Of a stretch of 64,000 nucleotides of DNA, positions 9,646-20,018 are shown in pieces. Source of the DNA: Thermostichus sp. DRC_bins_24 (GTDB lineage Bacteria > Cyanobacteriota > Cyanobacteriia > Thermostichales > Thermostichaceae). A program made the translations under genes and the position numbers. Location: assembly GCA_039794845.1 (NCBI GenBank), contig JAUQVK010000067.1:1-64000 (forward strand), read 5' to 3'. Each line of letters begins with the position of its first letter. The stretch's first letter is position 1. Under the pieces are notes generated by a model. The model ran no database searches. It was not told the DNA's origin and saw only the letters and a program-made list of their open reading frames with translations.

Positions 9646-11352
9646 TTATTCATCGACAGAACCGGGTCTAAGTCTGTTGATCAACGCGGCAACCACGAAT
9701 AGCGCGATCACCAGCAGAAGGCTCAAGGCCGCCGCCTGCTGGGAAAATCCCCCCTGCTGCAGGCCGAAAATCAGCCAGCCCAACGTCTCGGTACCGGATC
9801 CCGCCAAGAGGGCTGAGAGGGTAAGCTCCCCGAAGGCTTGTAGAAAAACCAGGAGCATGGCCGCCCCTAAAGCCGGTGTGAGCAAGGGCAGCAAAATGTG
9901 GCGGAAGCTTTGAACCAAGTCAGCCCCGTCAATACTGGCTGCTTCTTCAAGGCTGGTGTCGAGGCTCCGCCAGGCAGCTTGAATGGGCTGGAGGGAAAAC
10001 GCCAAAAACCGGCCCAGGTAGGCGATCAAAATCAGCCAGAGGGTTCCGTAAAGGCTGAGTCCGGGCAGAGGGGAGGGCAACCACACCAAGATCAAGGACA
10101 GGGCAAAGATGATGCCGGGGAGCGCGTAGGGCAAATCAACCATCAGGCTGAGCAGCAGAAGCGCGGAAGATCTGAGGCGCGTCAGGCAGTAGCCCAAAAT
10201 GATCGCCAAACTGCTGCTGATCAAAGCTGCGCCTGAAGCCAACCCCAAACTGTGCACGGTTGCACGGTGGGCTCGCTCCAAATCAAAGATCACAAAGCGA
10301 AAATGCTCAAAAGTCAAATTTGACCAGTTCAGGGGCAGACCGTAGGCCCGCAGTAGGGCGGTGGCAGCCATGGCAAACAAAGGGCCGACAATCACCCCCA
10401 GCGTTACAACCCAGAGGATCCCGCTCCACAACCAGCGCACCCTACCCAAGGTATACCTCTCGGTTGGCTCATGGCTGGGATCCAAGCCCTCCTGACCTCG
10501 CCTACGGTGTTGCAACCCCAAAAAGAAAAGGGCGGGCAAGCCAAACAGCATCGCCAAAGCGGCACTGCGTCCCAACCCCCCGCTACTGAAGTTGATCACT
10601 TCTTGATAAAGCAACGTGGGCAAGGTGATGTAACGGCCAGGGATCCCCAATAGGGCGGGGATCCCGAAATTGCCCAAAGCGCCCAAGAAGGCGAGCACCA
10701 CCGCCGCCCCCACATAGGGTCGCAGGAGGGGCAGGGTAATGTAGAGCCAAACCTGTAGCACATTGGCTCCATCCAACCTGGCCGCTTCTTCTGTCTGTTT
10801 TTGCAGCCGACTGAGGCCCGCTACCAAAGTCAAGTACGTGATGGGCAACGTGAACAAGCTGAGGAGCAAGACAATTCCCCCCGGCGTGTAGAGACTCCAG
10901 AGTGCCCCTTGCCGATGCAAGAGCCAACGCAACCCCTGCTGCAGATAGCCCACCGGCCCCGCCCATTGGATCCAAGCCAAGGCCAACACCTGGGGAGGAA
11001 TCACCAAGGGGGATAGGAACAGGATGCGGATCCCGCCGCGACCGGGTAAATCGGTTTTGCGGGTCACCACGGCCAGCAATAGGCCAGCCAGCAATGCCAA
11101 GCCCGTTGAGGTGGCTGCAACAAAAAGACTGTGCCGCAACGCCAGGTGAACCCTGGGGGTTTCCAGCAGCCAGCGAAGGTTGTCGAGACTGAAAGCCCCT
11201 TCCCGACTCAACCCTCGCTGCATCAACATCAGCAAAGGATAAAAGTTGGTGAAGAAGAGGACAACCCCCACCCCAAACAGCCAGGGGACGACGGGGTGTT
11301 TCAACCCCTTCCACACCCTATCCCTGAAAGTGAAACCGTTACCTTTGTACAA
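9646..11352 (-). CDS. ABC transporter permease, FbpB/AfuB-like (two BPD_transp_1 halves)
   Basis: About 12 TM helices and two EAA loops (EEAARLDGA, EEAASIDGA). Confidence 0.9.
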   Translation of the reverse strand: MYKGNGFTFRDRVWKGLKHPVVPWLFGVGVVLFFTNFYPLLMLMQRGLSREGAFSLDNLRWLLETPRVHLALRHSLFVAATSTGLALLAGLLLAVVTRKTDLPGRGGIRILFLSPLVIPPQVLALAWIQWAGPVGYLQQGLRWLLHRQGALWSLYTPGGIVLLLSLFTLPITYLTLVAGLSRLQKQTEEAARLDGANVLQVWLYITLPLLRPYVGAAVVLAFLGALGNFGIPALLGIPGRYITLPTLLYQEVINFSSGGLGRSAALAMLFGLPALFFLGLQHRRRGQEGLDPSHEPTERYTLGRVRWLWSGILWVVTLGVIVGPLFAMAATALLRAYGLPLNWSNLTFEHFRFVIFDLERAHRATVHSLGLASGAALISSSLAIILGYCLTRLRSSALLLLSLMVDLPYALPGIIFALSLILVWLPSPLPGLSLYGTLWLILIAYLGRFLAFSLQPIQAAWRSLDTSLEEAASIDGADLVQSFRHILLPLLTPALGAAMLLVFLQAFGELTLSALLAGSGTETLGWLIFGLQQGGFSQQAAALSLLLVIALFVVAALINRLRPGSVDE

Positions 11353-11399
11353 GGGTCTTTGGAGGGAGCAACAGAACCATCAAATGGCGCAGATAGACT

Positions 11400-12437
11400 T
11401 TATTCCCCAAACAGCTCAGCAAAACGAGCCTTATCGGCCTCACGGGTTTCCGCCAGTTCTGCTGGGGGGGCACTGAGTAGGGTCAACTCACTCAGGGCGG
11501 GAAATCCTTCTGGAGGAGCAACATCTTCCCGCAGCGGCATATAGCCAATATCCACGGCCACCTGTTGCCCCTTTTGGGACAGCAAAAAGTCCACAAAGGC
11601 TTGGGCCGCTTCCCGGTTGGCAGCGCCTTTGACCACCCCCACCGGCTCGGTGATGATGGGCACCCCCTCACTGGGGTAGATGACCTCCACCGGGGATCCC
11701 TCATTGCGGTTGCGAATGGCCAGAAAATCCACCACCATGCCGTAGCGTTGTTCGCCGCTGGCCACATTCCGTGCCACCGCTCCGTTACCCTGTACCAATA
11801 CCGTGTTGTTGTTCTTGAGAGCTTCGTACCACTCCCATCCCAACCCTGGGGTGCGGGTAATCACGCCGAGATTGTAAGCAGCGGCCCCTGAGTAGGTGGG
11901 GCTGGGCATGACCACTTGACCCTTTGGGAGCTGGGCCAGAGCCGCCCAACTGTCGATGGGTTCCGCCAGCGCCGTGTTGTAGACGATCACCGTGGCCAGG
12001 ATCTTGGTGCCGAAGTAGTGACAATCTGGATCGTAGTAGGCGGGATCGATTGCCTCAGCCTCGGGGCTGCAGTAGGGATCCAACAAATTCCGAGATTTCA
12101 ACAGCTCAAAGGTCGGCGCATCCGCCACCAGCAACACATCCGCCTGCGGGGATCCCGCTTCTGCCTCTAGTAAAAAGCGGCTGATCACTTCTTCGGTGCC
12201 AGACCGGAAAATCTCTACCGAAACCCCCGGATAAGCAGCCTGAAAGGCAGAGGCCGTCTGTTGCGCATCGGCATCGGGCTGGGAGGTGTACAGGCGCAAG
12301 GTTCCAGAAGGCTGGGCCAAAGCTGCTCCTAGAAATCCCCATCCTCCCAAGGTGAAGGGTTGAACCAGCGCTGCCCCACAAAGTACGGCCCAAAAAGATA
12401 AAGAACGCACAGCCCACCTCCACAGCATATTTGGCAA
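11400..12437 (-). CDS. ABC transporter substrate-binding protein, AfuA/FbpA/PhnS-like
   Basis: Signal peptide, LRLYTSQP, RSGTEEV, PQADVL, P..SGAA, YPSEG and AAQAFVDFLLS motifs. Confidence 0.88.
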   Translation of the reverse strand: MPNMLWRWAVRSLSFWAVLCGAALVQPFTLGGWGFLGAALAQPSGTLRLYTSQPDADAQQTASAFQAAYPGVSVEIFRSGTEEVISRFLLEAEAGSPQADVLLVADAPTFELLKSRNLLDPYCSPEAEAIDPAYYDPDCHYFGTKILATVIVYNTALAEPIDSWAALAQLPKGQVVMPSPTYSGAAAYNLGVITRTPGLGWEWYEALKNNNTVLVQGNGAVARNVASGEQRYGMVVDFLAIRNRNEGSPVEVIYPSEGVPIITEPVGVVKGAANREAAQAFVDFLLSQKGQQVAVDIGYMPLREDVAPPEGFPALSELTLLSAPPAELAETREADKARFAELFGE

Positions 12438-12537
12438 ATTCTTCTCACTTCACCGTACCGCGATTCATCCCAAAACTGAAATCCCAAAAGAGATAAAGCT
12501 CTGAATTTTCCTGGTTTTCCAAGAGTGAATCATTCTG

Positions 12538-12578
12538 AGGTTTTGACAAGGTTAATTTCTTTTTAAGAAAAGGTTATC
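12538..12578 (-). promoter_or_regulatory. SphR (Pho) box, four 8-bp repeats at 11-bp period
   Basis: Minus strand GATAACCT-ttt-CTTAAAAA-gaa-ATTAACCT-tgt-CAAAACCT, versus the cyanobacterial consensus CTTAACCT-N3. Confidence 0.65.
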
Positions 12579-12616
12579 AAGTCGAATTCCTTTGTGGGCT
12601 TGGGAGAGAGCTATTT

Positions 12617-12722
12617 TACAGCCCTTACGCGGGTTTTCTACGGCAGGGCTTGTGCTTCTTTAGCCCTGGGGGGTGGATCTCAACTTCCACGGTTGTTACA
12701 TGTGACTAGCGAAAGGGCTGTA
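12617..12722 (+). mobile_element. MITE-like element, copy 2 (short form)
   Basis: TACAGCCCTT...AAGGGCTGTA termini; shares ggttttctac, gtggatct.aacttccac and gtgactagcg with copy 1. Confidence 0.75.
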
Positions 12723-12797
12723 GATTGATTTTCGGATCGCAGAAGGTGATTAAATAAACATCCACGAGATTGATATGTTTGACCTTAGGGCGGATCC

Positions 12798-13634
12798 CTA
12801 CTTAGTTTGTTTGTCCAAATGGATCCCGAAGGCCAGAGACAGCAGCCGATAATATTCCTTTTCATCTTTGAGGGTGCGTTCTTGTTTGCCGGTGGGGGTG
12901 GTTTCGATCCACTTGAAAGAGTCTGAACCATTGGCGCGGGCGGTCAGGGTAATGCGTCCCTGGGGAGTGGCCAGGGTACAGAGGCGTAGGCGGGTAAACA
13001 TCGACTCGGGAGAGGTTTGGTGAAAGCGACACATCGGCTCAAACTCCGCCAGTTGCCGCGGGATCCGATCCAGGCGAAACAAGGGTTTCCAGGTTTGATT
13101 GGGTTGTTCCTGCTGCACCACCCAATGGCGGGAAGGCCGGGCTGTTTCTGGATCCGAATCTGGCAATGGCAACAGCCGATAGCGCCCCTGGGCTTGGGTT
13201 TGAATATCGGGATCCCCGAGGCGCAAGGGCTGCCGAAACGAATCCCCATACCCCACATCGGCTAGCCAAGCTTGGCCATCCAGGGTGACTTGCAGCGCCA
13301 GATGATCAAATTCCGGGCCAAAACTGCCATCCGCTCGACTCACCCGCCCGGATAAGAGCTGCACCGAATAGCCCATTCCGGTTAAGGCAGCAGCCAGCAG
13401 GCTGTTGAGTTCGAAGCAAAATCCCCCCCGCCGTTCCACCACGATCTTTTGATACAAGGGATCCCGTTCCAGGCGAATCGGGCGACCGCGATGGATATCC
13501 AAGTTCTCGAAGGGCACCGCCAACAGATGCGCCGAATGAATGTGTTGCAGGGTCTCCAGAGTGGGCTGGGTGGGGCCAAAGTAGCGAATCCGCTCCAAAT
13601 AGGCCCTGACTTGGGAAGGGGTGAGAGGATCCAT
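12798..13634 (-). CDS. arylamine N-acetyltransferase
   Basis: VPFENL, RRGGFCFELN (catalytic Cys), DHLAL (His), ADVGYG (Asp). Confidence 0.93.
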   Translation of the reverse strand: MDPLTPSQVRAYLERIRYFGPTQPTLETLQHIHSAHLLAVPFENLDIHRGRPIRLERDPLYQKIVVERRGGFCFELNSLLAAALTGMGYSVQLLSGRVSRADGSFGPEFDHLALQVTLDGQAWLADVGYGDSFRQPLRLGDPDIQTQAQGRYRLLPLPDSDPETARPSRHWVVQQEQPNQTWKPLFRLDRIPRQLAEFEPMCRFHQTSPESMFTRLRLCTLATPQGRITLTARANGSDSFKWIETTPTGKQERTLKDEKEYYRLLSLAFGIHLDKQTK

Positions 13635-13692
13635 AGGGGTCGAGAACACCTACCTGTGTTGACCCTAACAATCCTTCCGATTGCTTGTATTG

Positions 13693-14730
13693 CTAAAAAT
13701 GACCGTGGCGATGGTGTAAATCGGGAATGTGAAGATGACTGTGGGTTAACGCTCTGTGCTGATGCCGGTGCCGATGGTATTTGGAGGCAGGAAGATCGAT
13801 ATGATCGTGTTCGTGATGTCCGTCGTCGTGATGATGCCAATGGTCATGCTCGATGGCTGAATGGTCGTGTTCGTGGTGGTGACAATCCTGAAACAAAAGC
13901 CCCAGTGAAATTGTAACCAGCCCCATCGAGATCAACTGTTGAAACGAGATTCCCTCTTTTAGAAGTAGGGTGGCAAGGCCGATACCGAAATAAGGAGCTG
14001 TTGAAAAGAGGAGTTGACTACGGGTAGCCCCCAAACTTTGGGCCGCAATAATGTATAAAACAAGGCTGACTCCATAAGAGAGGATGCCGATTCCCAAAGC
14101 AGCTATCGCCGTTACACTGCTCGCCTGCCAAGGTTGTAAAACCAACCCAATGCTCAAGTTAACCACTCCGGCAATGCTGCCTTTCCAAAAGGTGATCTGG
14201 GTTGGCCTTATCCCATCGATTAGCGCCGTTAGATTATTATCCATTCCCCAGCATAGGCAGGCCAGAGCCACCCACAGACCCGCCCGCAAACCCGCAGCCC
14301 CCTCTCCCCAAGACAGAAGCAGAGAAGCCAAGAATAGGATCCCGGCTGCCAGCCACCCCAACCGCCCCAGATGATCTCGAAACAGGAAATACCCCAAAAT
14401 CGCCGTTGCCATCATTTCTAAGGTAAGCCAAAGCGCCACTGAGGCAGCAGAGGCCAGCTGCAGCCCCAACAGCAGAAAAACCGGCCCCAAGATTCCCCCA
14501 CAGAGGATAGCTCCGGCCAACCGCCAGCCATTGCGTCGATCCACCTGAGATAAGGAACGATGGGAAGGATCCCTCCAAAGGCTGGGAAGCACCCCCATCG
14601 CTGCGCCCAGATAGAGGATCCCAGCCAATTGAAAAGGAGACAAGTCCTCCAGCAACAGCTTGCTCACGGGCGTAGCCGCTCCAAAACAGGCGGCAGCAAC
14701 CAAAGCCAGCAGTACAGCGTGGGTTTTCAT
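13693..14730 (-). CDS. EamA/DMT family transporter with His-rich C-terminal tail
   Basis: About 10 TM helices, WGMDNNLT motif, tail HHHEHDH...HSHLHIPDLHHRHGHF; start set at MKTHAV. Confidence 0.88.
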   Translation of the reverse strand: MKTHAVLLALVAAACFGAATPVSKLLLEDLSPFQLAGILYLGAAMGVLPSLWRDPSHRSLSQVDRRNGWRLAGAILCGGILGPVFLLLGLQLASAASVALWLTLEMMATAILGYFLFRDHLGRLGWLAAGILFLASLLLSWGEGAAGLRAGLWVALACLCWGMDNNLTALIDGIRPTQITFWKGSIAGVVNLSIGLVLQPWQASSVTAIAALGIGILSYGVSLVLYIIAAQSLGATRSQLLFSTAPYFGIGLATLLLKEGISFQQLISMGLVTISLGLLFQDCHHHEHDHSAIEHDHWHHHDDGHHEHDHIDLPASKYHRHRHQHRALTHSHLHIPDLHHRHGHF

Positions 14731-14877
14731 GGAATCTCTCAGAATCACAACGGAGAGTGCTGGGAAGAGGCTCTCGTTTTTAATGCCCCCAAAATACCCC
14801 GCTTGCATACCCTGTGGGTTTAGGATGAGCGGTAAACGATCCGAATCCATGCACAGATCCAGGGCTAAGTAGAGGAA

Positions 14878-15156
14878 ATGGCAGGCAATCCAACGGTTGA
14901 GCAGGGAGAATTCCCCGTTACCCTAAAACTCTTTGCCATCTATCAAGAGGTGATCGGGCAGTCGGAAATGATCCTGTACGTTGCCCCCGGCACCACCATC
15001 GGGCAGGTCTGCGATCAGCTGATCCAACGCTACCCTGCTCTGGCCCCTTGGAAATCCCAAACCCGGTTTGGCCTCAACTTGAACTTTGTTGCTGCGGATA
15101 CTCCCCTTGCTGCCGACGATGAAATGGTGTTGATCCCGCCGGTGAGTGGGGGTTGA
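14878..15156 (+). CDS. moaD: molybdopterin synthase sulfur carrier MoaD/ThiS family
   Basis: LKLFA N-terminus and IPPVSGG C-terminus. Confidence 0.9.
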   Translation: MAGNPTVEQGEFPVTLKLFAIYQEVIGQSEMILYVAPGTTIGQVCDQLIQRYPALAPWKSQTRFGLNLNFVAADTPLAADDEMVLIPPVSGG

Positions 15157-15206
15157 GGAGGAGAATGCTACGATAGCGGCAAGAAAAAAAGAAGGCAAAA
15201 CGTTAC

Positions 15207-17345
15207 ATGGCAGAATACACCAAGTCGATTTCCTTTTATGGTCGGGAAATTGACATCAATATCGGTTTGTTGGCCCCACAAGCAGGTTGTGGGGTCTGGT
15301 TAACTTCGGGGGAAACTTCGATCCTGGTCACTGCCACACGGCAACCGGGACGACCCGGCGTCGATTTCATGCCCCTGCTGGTGGACTACGAGGAGCGCCT
15401 CTACGCTGCGGGACGGATCCCGGGCGGCTATCTGCGGCGGGAAGGTCGTCCCCCGGAACGAGCCACCCTGATCTCTCGGTTAATCGACCGACCCATTCGT
15501 CCTTTGTTCCCAGAGTGGCTGCGGGATGATGTGCAGGTGGTGGCCACAACCCTGTCGGTGGATGACAATGTACCACCGGATGTGTTGTGCATTCTGGGGG
15601 CTTCTTTGGCGATTCGCGGTGCCAGGATCCCCTTCAATGGGCCTGTGGCTGCGGTGCGGGTGGGCCTGGTAAAAGATGAATTTATTATTAACCCCACCTA
15701 TGCAGAAATTGAGGCCGGCGATCTCGACTTGGTGGTGGCGGGCTGCGCCGATGGCGTGATCATGGTGGAAGCCGGGGCCAACCAACTGCCCGAAAAAGAT
15801 GTCATCGAGGCGATTGAGTTTGGGTTTGAGGCCATTCAAGAGCTGCTTAAGGTGCAGAACCAAGTCTTCCAAGACCTGAAGATGGAGCCGGTGGAGTTGC
15901 CCCCTCCTCCGGAAAATGAAGATCTCATTGCTTTTGTCAAAGAACAGGCTCAGGAGGCAATCCAGTCGATCCTGAAGCAATTTCTCGATAAGACTAGCCG
16001 CGATCAGCAGCTCGACGACATCAAGGCCAAATTGGAAGCCCAAATTCAAGAGCGCCCAGAAACGGATCCCTTGCGGCTTTATCTTCTGGAAAACCCCAGG
16101 GAACTGGATACGCAGTTTAAAGCGTTGACCAAAAAATTGATGCGCCAGCAGATCATCCAAGAGGGTGTGCGGGTAGATGGGCGCAAGCTGGATGAGATCC
16201 GACCGATTTCCTGCCGAGCGGGGTTGATCCCACGGGTGCACGGCAGTGCCCTGTTCAACCGAGGCCTGACACAAGTGCTTTCCATTACCACCCTCGGTAC
16301 CCCCGGCGATGCTCAAGAGCTGGACGATTTGCACCCCAGCGACGAAAAACGCTACATGCACCACTACAATTTCCCGGCCTTCTCGGTGGGAGAAACGCGG
16401 CCCTCACGCTCTCCGGGTCGGCGGGAAATTGGCCATGGAGCTTTGGCGGAGCGGGCCTTACTGCCGGTCATTCCCGACAAAGATAAGTTCGCTTATGTGG
16501 TGCGGGTGGTGTCGGAGGTGCTCTCCTCCAACGGCTCTACCTCGATGGGATCCGTCTGTGGCTCTACCCTTTCCCTAATGGATGCCGGGGTACCGATCAA
16601 AGCACCGGTGAGCGGTGTAGCCATGGGCTTGATCAAAGAGGGAGAAGAAGTGCGCATCCTCACCGATATTCAGGGTATTGAGGATTTCCTCGGCGATATG
16701 GACTTCAAGGTGGCGGGCACGCGGGCGGGGATCACTGCTCTGCAAATGGATATGAAAATCACCGGCATCACCGTCGATGTGGTGGAGCAAGCGGTAAACC
16801 AAGCCAAGGCTGGGCGTGAGTTTATCCTCAGCAAAATGATGGAGGTTCTTCCCGCCCCTCGACCTCAGTTGGCCAGCACCGCCCCCCGTCTGCTCACCTT
16901 CAAGGTGGATCCGGAGGATATCGGCAAGATCATCGGCCCCGGCGGCAAGACGGTTCGCGGCATCACCGAAGCGACAGGAGCAAAAGTCGACATCAGCGAT
17001 GATGGTACCGTTACGGTTTCTTCGACGGTGGGTGGCCAAGCGGAGGCAGCTCGGGAGATGATCGAGAACCTGGTGCGGCGGGTTCAAGAGGGGCAGGTGT
17101 ATTTGGGCAAAGTCACCCGCATCATTCCCATCGGCGCGTTTGTGGAATTCTTACCCGGCAAAGAAGGCATGATCCACATCTCGCAGCTGGCGGACTACCG
17201 CGTTGCCAAGGTGGAAGATGAGCTGGCTGTGGAAGATGAGGTGGTGGTGAAGGTGCGCAGCATCGATCACAAGGGCCGCATCAACCTTACCCGTCTCGGC
17301 ATTAGTCCGGACGAGGCCGCTCAGGTGCGCAACAATCACCATTAA
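15207..17345 (+). CDS. pnp: polyribonucleotide nucleotidyltransferase (PNPase)
   Basis: [34 protein letters not shown], plus KH and S1 domains. Confidence 0.97.
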   Translation: MAEYTKSISFYGREIDINIGLLAPQAGCGVWLTSGETSILVTATRQPGRPGVDFMPLLVDYEERLYAAGRIPGGYLRREGRPPERATLISRLIDRPIRPLFPEWLRDDVQVVATTLSVDDNVPPDVLCILGASLAIRGARIPFNGPVAAVRVGLVKDEFIINPTYAEIEAGDLDLVVAGCADGVIMVEAGANQLPEKDVIEAIEFGFEAIQELLKVQNQVFQDLKMEPVELPPPPENEDLIAFVKEQAQEAIQSILKQFLDKTSRDQQLDDIKAKLEAQIQERPETDPLRLYLLENPRELDTQFKALTKKLMRQQIIQEGVRVDGRKLDEIRPISCRAGLIPRVHGSALFNRGLTQVLSITTLGTPGDAQELDDLHPSDEKRYMHHYNFPAFSVGETRPSRSPGRREIGHGALAERALLPVIPDKDKFAYVVRVVSEVLSSNGSTSMGSVCGSTLSLMDAGVPIKAPVSGVAMGLIKEGEEVRILTDIQGIEDFLGDMDFKVAGTRAGITALQMDMKITGITVDVVEQAVNQAKAGREFILSKMMEVLPAPRPQLASTAPRLLTFKVDPEDIGKIIGPGGKTVRGITEATGAKVDISDDGTVTVSSTVGGQAEAAREMIENLVRRVQEGQVYLGKVTRIIPIGAFVEFLPGKEGMIHISQLADYRVAKVEDELAVEDEVVVKVRSIDHKGRINLTRLGISPDEAAQVRNNHH

Positions 17346-17412
17346 GGCTGCGGTTCAGTCCTGCTGGGTTGGAGGTTAGGGATCCCCGCACCCCTCGGCT
17401 TTTGGGGCCAAG

Positions 17413-19527
17413 ATGGCAAAAGAGACCCTGTTTGACCCGATGCCAAACCCTGTGAGCCACTCAGCTCAAGACCGTGATTCTGAAACCCGCCTTTCCCCAA
17501 GGGGATCCCGGCGGCGACTGGGTTGGGCTTTGGGTTGGGGCCTGGGTTGGGCGACTTTGCTCAATCTTTCGGCTCAGCACCCGTTGTTGGTACGGATGGA
17601 GAGCGATGCACAGCAGTGGCTTTACACCTGGCGTGGGCCACAGGAGCCCTCCCCATCTGTGGTGATCGTCGGCATTGATGGCCGCATTGAGGGGCGTGAG
17701 GACAGCAGCGATGGTCGCCAAAACATCGACTTTCTTCTGGAACGAGCCAATTATGCGGGCCTAACCCTACGCCTTTTGGAAGAGGCTGAGGCCAGGGTGG
17801 TGGTGTTGAACCTGCCCAGCAGCTTTGTGGTGCCCCAAAACCTGGGCAATGAAAACCTGGATGCCCCTTTGCGTCAAGTGGTGCAACGCTACCCAGATCG
17901 CTTGGTTTTGGCTACCCGCAGCAGCGAGAGTTTCCGACGGGCGGAAATCAGCATCTACAACCATTTCCTGCCCTTTTCCTCGTTGCGGCTGGAGTACCTG
18001 GTGCCACCAGAGCACGTACAGGGGGTGGTGCAATACCGGGTGGATGGGGCCGGGATCCTGCGCAAAGCCCAACTGCGGGGGTTGTATCTGCGCCGCGATA
18101 GCCAAGAAGAGCAGATGTTTGCCTCGGTCGAGGGCCTTGCTTTTGCCAAATATGACCCGGAGCGGGCCAGCCGTTGGTTTCGAGAACGGGGTCTGGATCC
18201 GGTTCAATTCAACCCGCTGGGGGCGCAGCATACTATTCCGATCATCCCCATTGAGCGGGTCTGCCCTCCGGCAATCCTGCAAGTGGGATCCGGATCTGCC
18301 TCCCAGATTGTCAATCCCAGCCAAGCTTGCTTTGGCTCAGACGGGATCCCTCCCCTCGATCCAGAGATTGCAGCTCAGCTGCGGGACAGGGTGGTATTGG
18401 TGGGGTTTGTGGGGGGTTACCCTGAAACCTTTCCGGTTCAAACCGCGGATGGATCCCAGATCTCAGCGGTGGAGTTGCAAGCGCAGATTCTGTCCAGTCT
18501 GATCACCGGAGACGTCTACCAATCCGTGCCCTCAGGGCTGGCGGCAGCCGTGGTGTACCTTTTAGGGGGTGGAACGGGCTTGCTCCTGGTGTTTTATCAT
18601 CCCCACTTGCCGCTGAGCCCCTGGAAACAACAGCGGTCTCTCCTCTGGCCGATTTTGGGGCTGGTGGTCTACGCAGGCTGGGCTGTGGCGCAGTTTTTGC
18701 TGTGGCGTTGGATTTGGCCCCTTGCCCTGCCGGCCTTGGCCATTGGATTGACGGGGGTGAGCTTGCTCCTTACCCTGATCATCCTGCAGAACCAGGAACG
18801 TTTGCTTGCTCAACAACAAGAACTGGAACACCTACGCCGGGCCGAACAAGAAGCAGCCATTGACCAAGCCCGTAAGTTGCTCTATCGAGTCGCCACCGAC
18901 ATTCACGATCGGGAATTGCAGGAGCTGAAGGTGGTGATGGACAATCTGGAGAGCTTGCAGTGGCAACAGCAACGGGGCAAAGAACTCAACCCCTCCGTTT
19001 ATGATCGGCTGCTGGAGCAACTGGAAGGAATTGGGCGAGGCATTCGCGAGCAACTCAACGATGTGCGAATCCTGGCCACCAAGCTGCACATTTCCCCGAG
19101 TTTGCGAGAGGGGCTACATCGAGGCATTGAGACCTACCTGGATGACCTGGTGCAGACGGGCAGCTTGACGGTGTCGTTGCAGCGGCAACTGCAGCCCCTC
19201 AATGAGCCCAACACCAGCGAGTGGTTCGATCAACGGGAGGACATTCTGCGCTTTTTGCGAGAGGCGATCGGCAATATCATCGCCCACGTGCAGCCCCCCA
19301 AAGGGAATGCCTCGTTTGTAAAGGTGTCGCTGATGCAAACGGATCACCACTGTTGTCTGGCGGTTGTGAACGATGGCGTGGAGTATGCCCCTAGCCCTGG
19401 TGGCGGTTATGGCAGCAAAGCCATGAATACCATTGCCCGTTACCTGCCCAAGGGATCCTGGCACCGCACCCACACCCCCGAAGGCCACACCCACGTCGAG
19501 CTGCACTGGGAAATGCCCAACCCCTGA
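17413..19527 (+). CDS. CHASE2-domain membrane sensor histidine kinase (HisKA_3-like H-box)
   Basis: VVIVGID and LRDRVVLVG...SAVELQAQIL CHASE2 motifs, 3 TMs, ATDIHD H-box, REAIGNIIAH / NDG / GGYG ATPase boxes. Confidence 0.8.
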   Translation: MAKETLFDPMPNPVSHSAQDRDSETRLSPRGSRRRLGWALGWGLGWATLLNLSAQHPLLVRMESDAQQWLYTWRGPQEPSPSVVIVGIDGRIEGREDSSDGRQNIDFLLERANYAGLTLRLLEEAEARVVVLNLPSSFVVPQNLGNENLDAPLRQVVQRYPDRLVLATRSSESFRRAEISIYNHFLPFSSLRLEYLVPPEHVQGVVQYRVDGAGILRKAQLRGLYLRRDSQEEQMFASVEGLAFAKYDPERASRWFRERGLDPVQFNPLGAQHTIPIIPIERVCPPAILQVGSGSASQIVNPSQACFGSDGIPPLDPEIAAQLRDRVVLVGFVGGYPETFPVQTADGSQISAVELQAQILSSLITGDVYQSVPSGLAAAVVYLLGGGTGLLLVFYHPHLPLSPWKQQRSLLWPILGLVVYAGWAVAQFLLWRWIWPLALPALAIGLTGVSLLLTLIILQNQERLLAQQQELEHLRRAEQEAAIDQARKLLYRVATDIHDRELQELKVVMDNLESLQWQQQRGKELNPSVYDRLLEQLEGIGRGIREQLNDVRILATKLHISPSLREGLHRGIETYLDDLVQTGSLTVSLQRQLQPLNEPNTSEWFDQREDILRFLREAIGNIIAHVQPPKGNASFVKVSLMQTDHHCCLAVVNDGVEYAPSPGGGYGSKAMNTIARYLPKGSWHRTHTPEGHTHVELHWEMPNP

Positions 19528-19679
19528 TGGAGCACATTCGATCCCGCTCAATCCAACCCGCTCAATCCAAAAGTAAGCCCCGGCTTTTGGCCAGGACTGC
19601 TTTGTGAGTTATTCAGGCTTAGGCTTCACCCTGTTGCCATATTTTCGACAGCAGCTCAAGTGAAGCTGGGCCTTTGGTT

Positions 19680-19901
19680 CTATTGACCCAAAGACTGCAA
19701 CCAGCCGATCAAAGAGGTGCCCAACAACGCTTCGGTTGCAATCAAGGCAACAAATCCAATCATCGCCAAACGCCCGTTTAAGCGCTCTGCGTAGTCGGTA
19801 AAGCCCACGCGAGGGGTGCTATCCACATACATTTCTGGCTCAATGGCGTAGTTGTTTAAGCGGCCACCTTCCTCAACTACAACGGAGCGATATCTGGTCA
19901 T
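19680..19901 (-). CDS. high light inducible protein (HliA/B-type)
   Basis: GRLNNYAIEPEMY and AERLNGRLAMIGF CAB motif. Confidence 0.93.
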   Translation of the reverse strand: MTRYRSVVVEEGGRLNNYAIEPEMYVDSTPRVGFTDYAERLNGRLAMIGFVALIATEALLGTSLIGWLQSLGQ

Positions 19902-19949
19902 ACGGTTCTCCCTGTTCTTCTCTACCCACTGTAGATCACTTTGCATAGA

Positions 19950-19967
19950 AATGTAAAGTTTTGTTTA
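19950..19967 (-). promoter_or_regulatory. HLR1 (RpaB-binding) motif upstream of the hli gene
   Basis: Minus strand TAAACAAA-ac-TTTACATT versus (G/T)TTACA(T/A)(T/A)-N2 repeat; TACAGT -10-like box downstream. Confidence 0.6.
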
Positions 19968-20018
19968 CAAGACTAGACAGAGATCCTTTGGTTGTCCAAG
20001 GCGCTACCCAGGGTGCGG

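Noticed and set aside
15480..16364. Long antisense or alternate-frame ORFs over pnp, ilvA (19992-20894), hemH (42829-43815), ubiA (47001-48119) and cca (44117-45010)
   Set aside because: Fully overlap well-supported genes in GC-rich DNA and have no domain signatures
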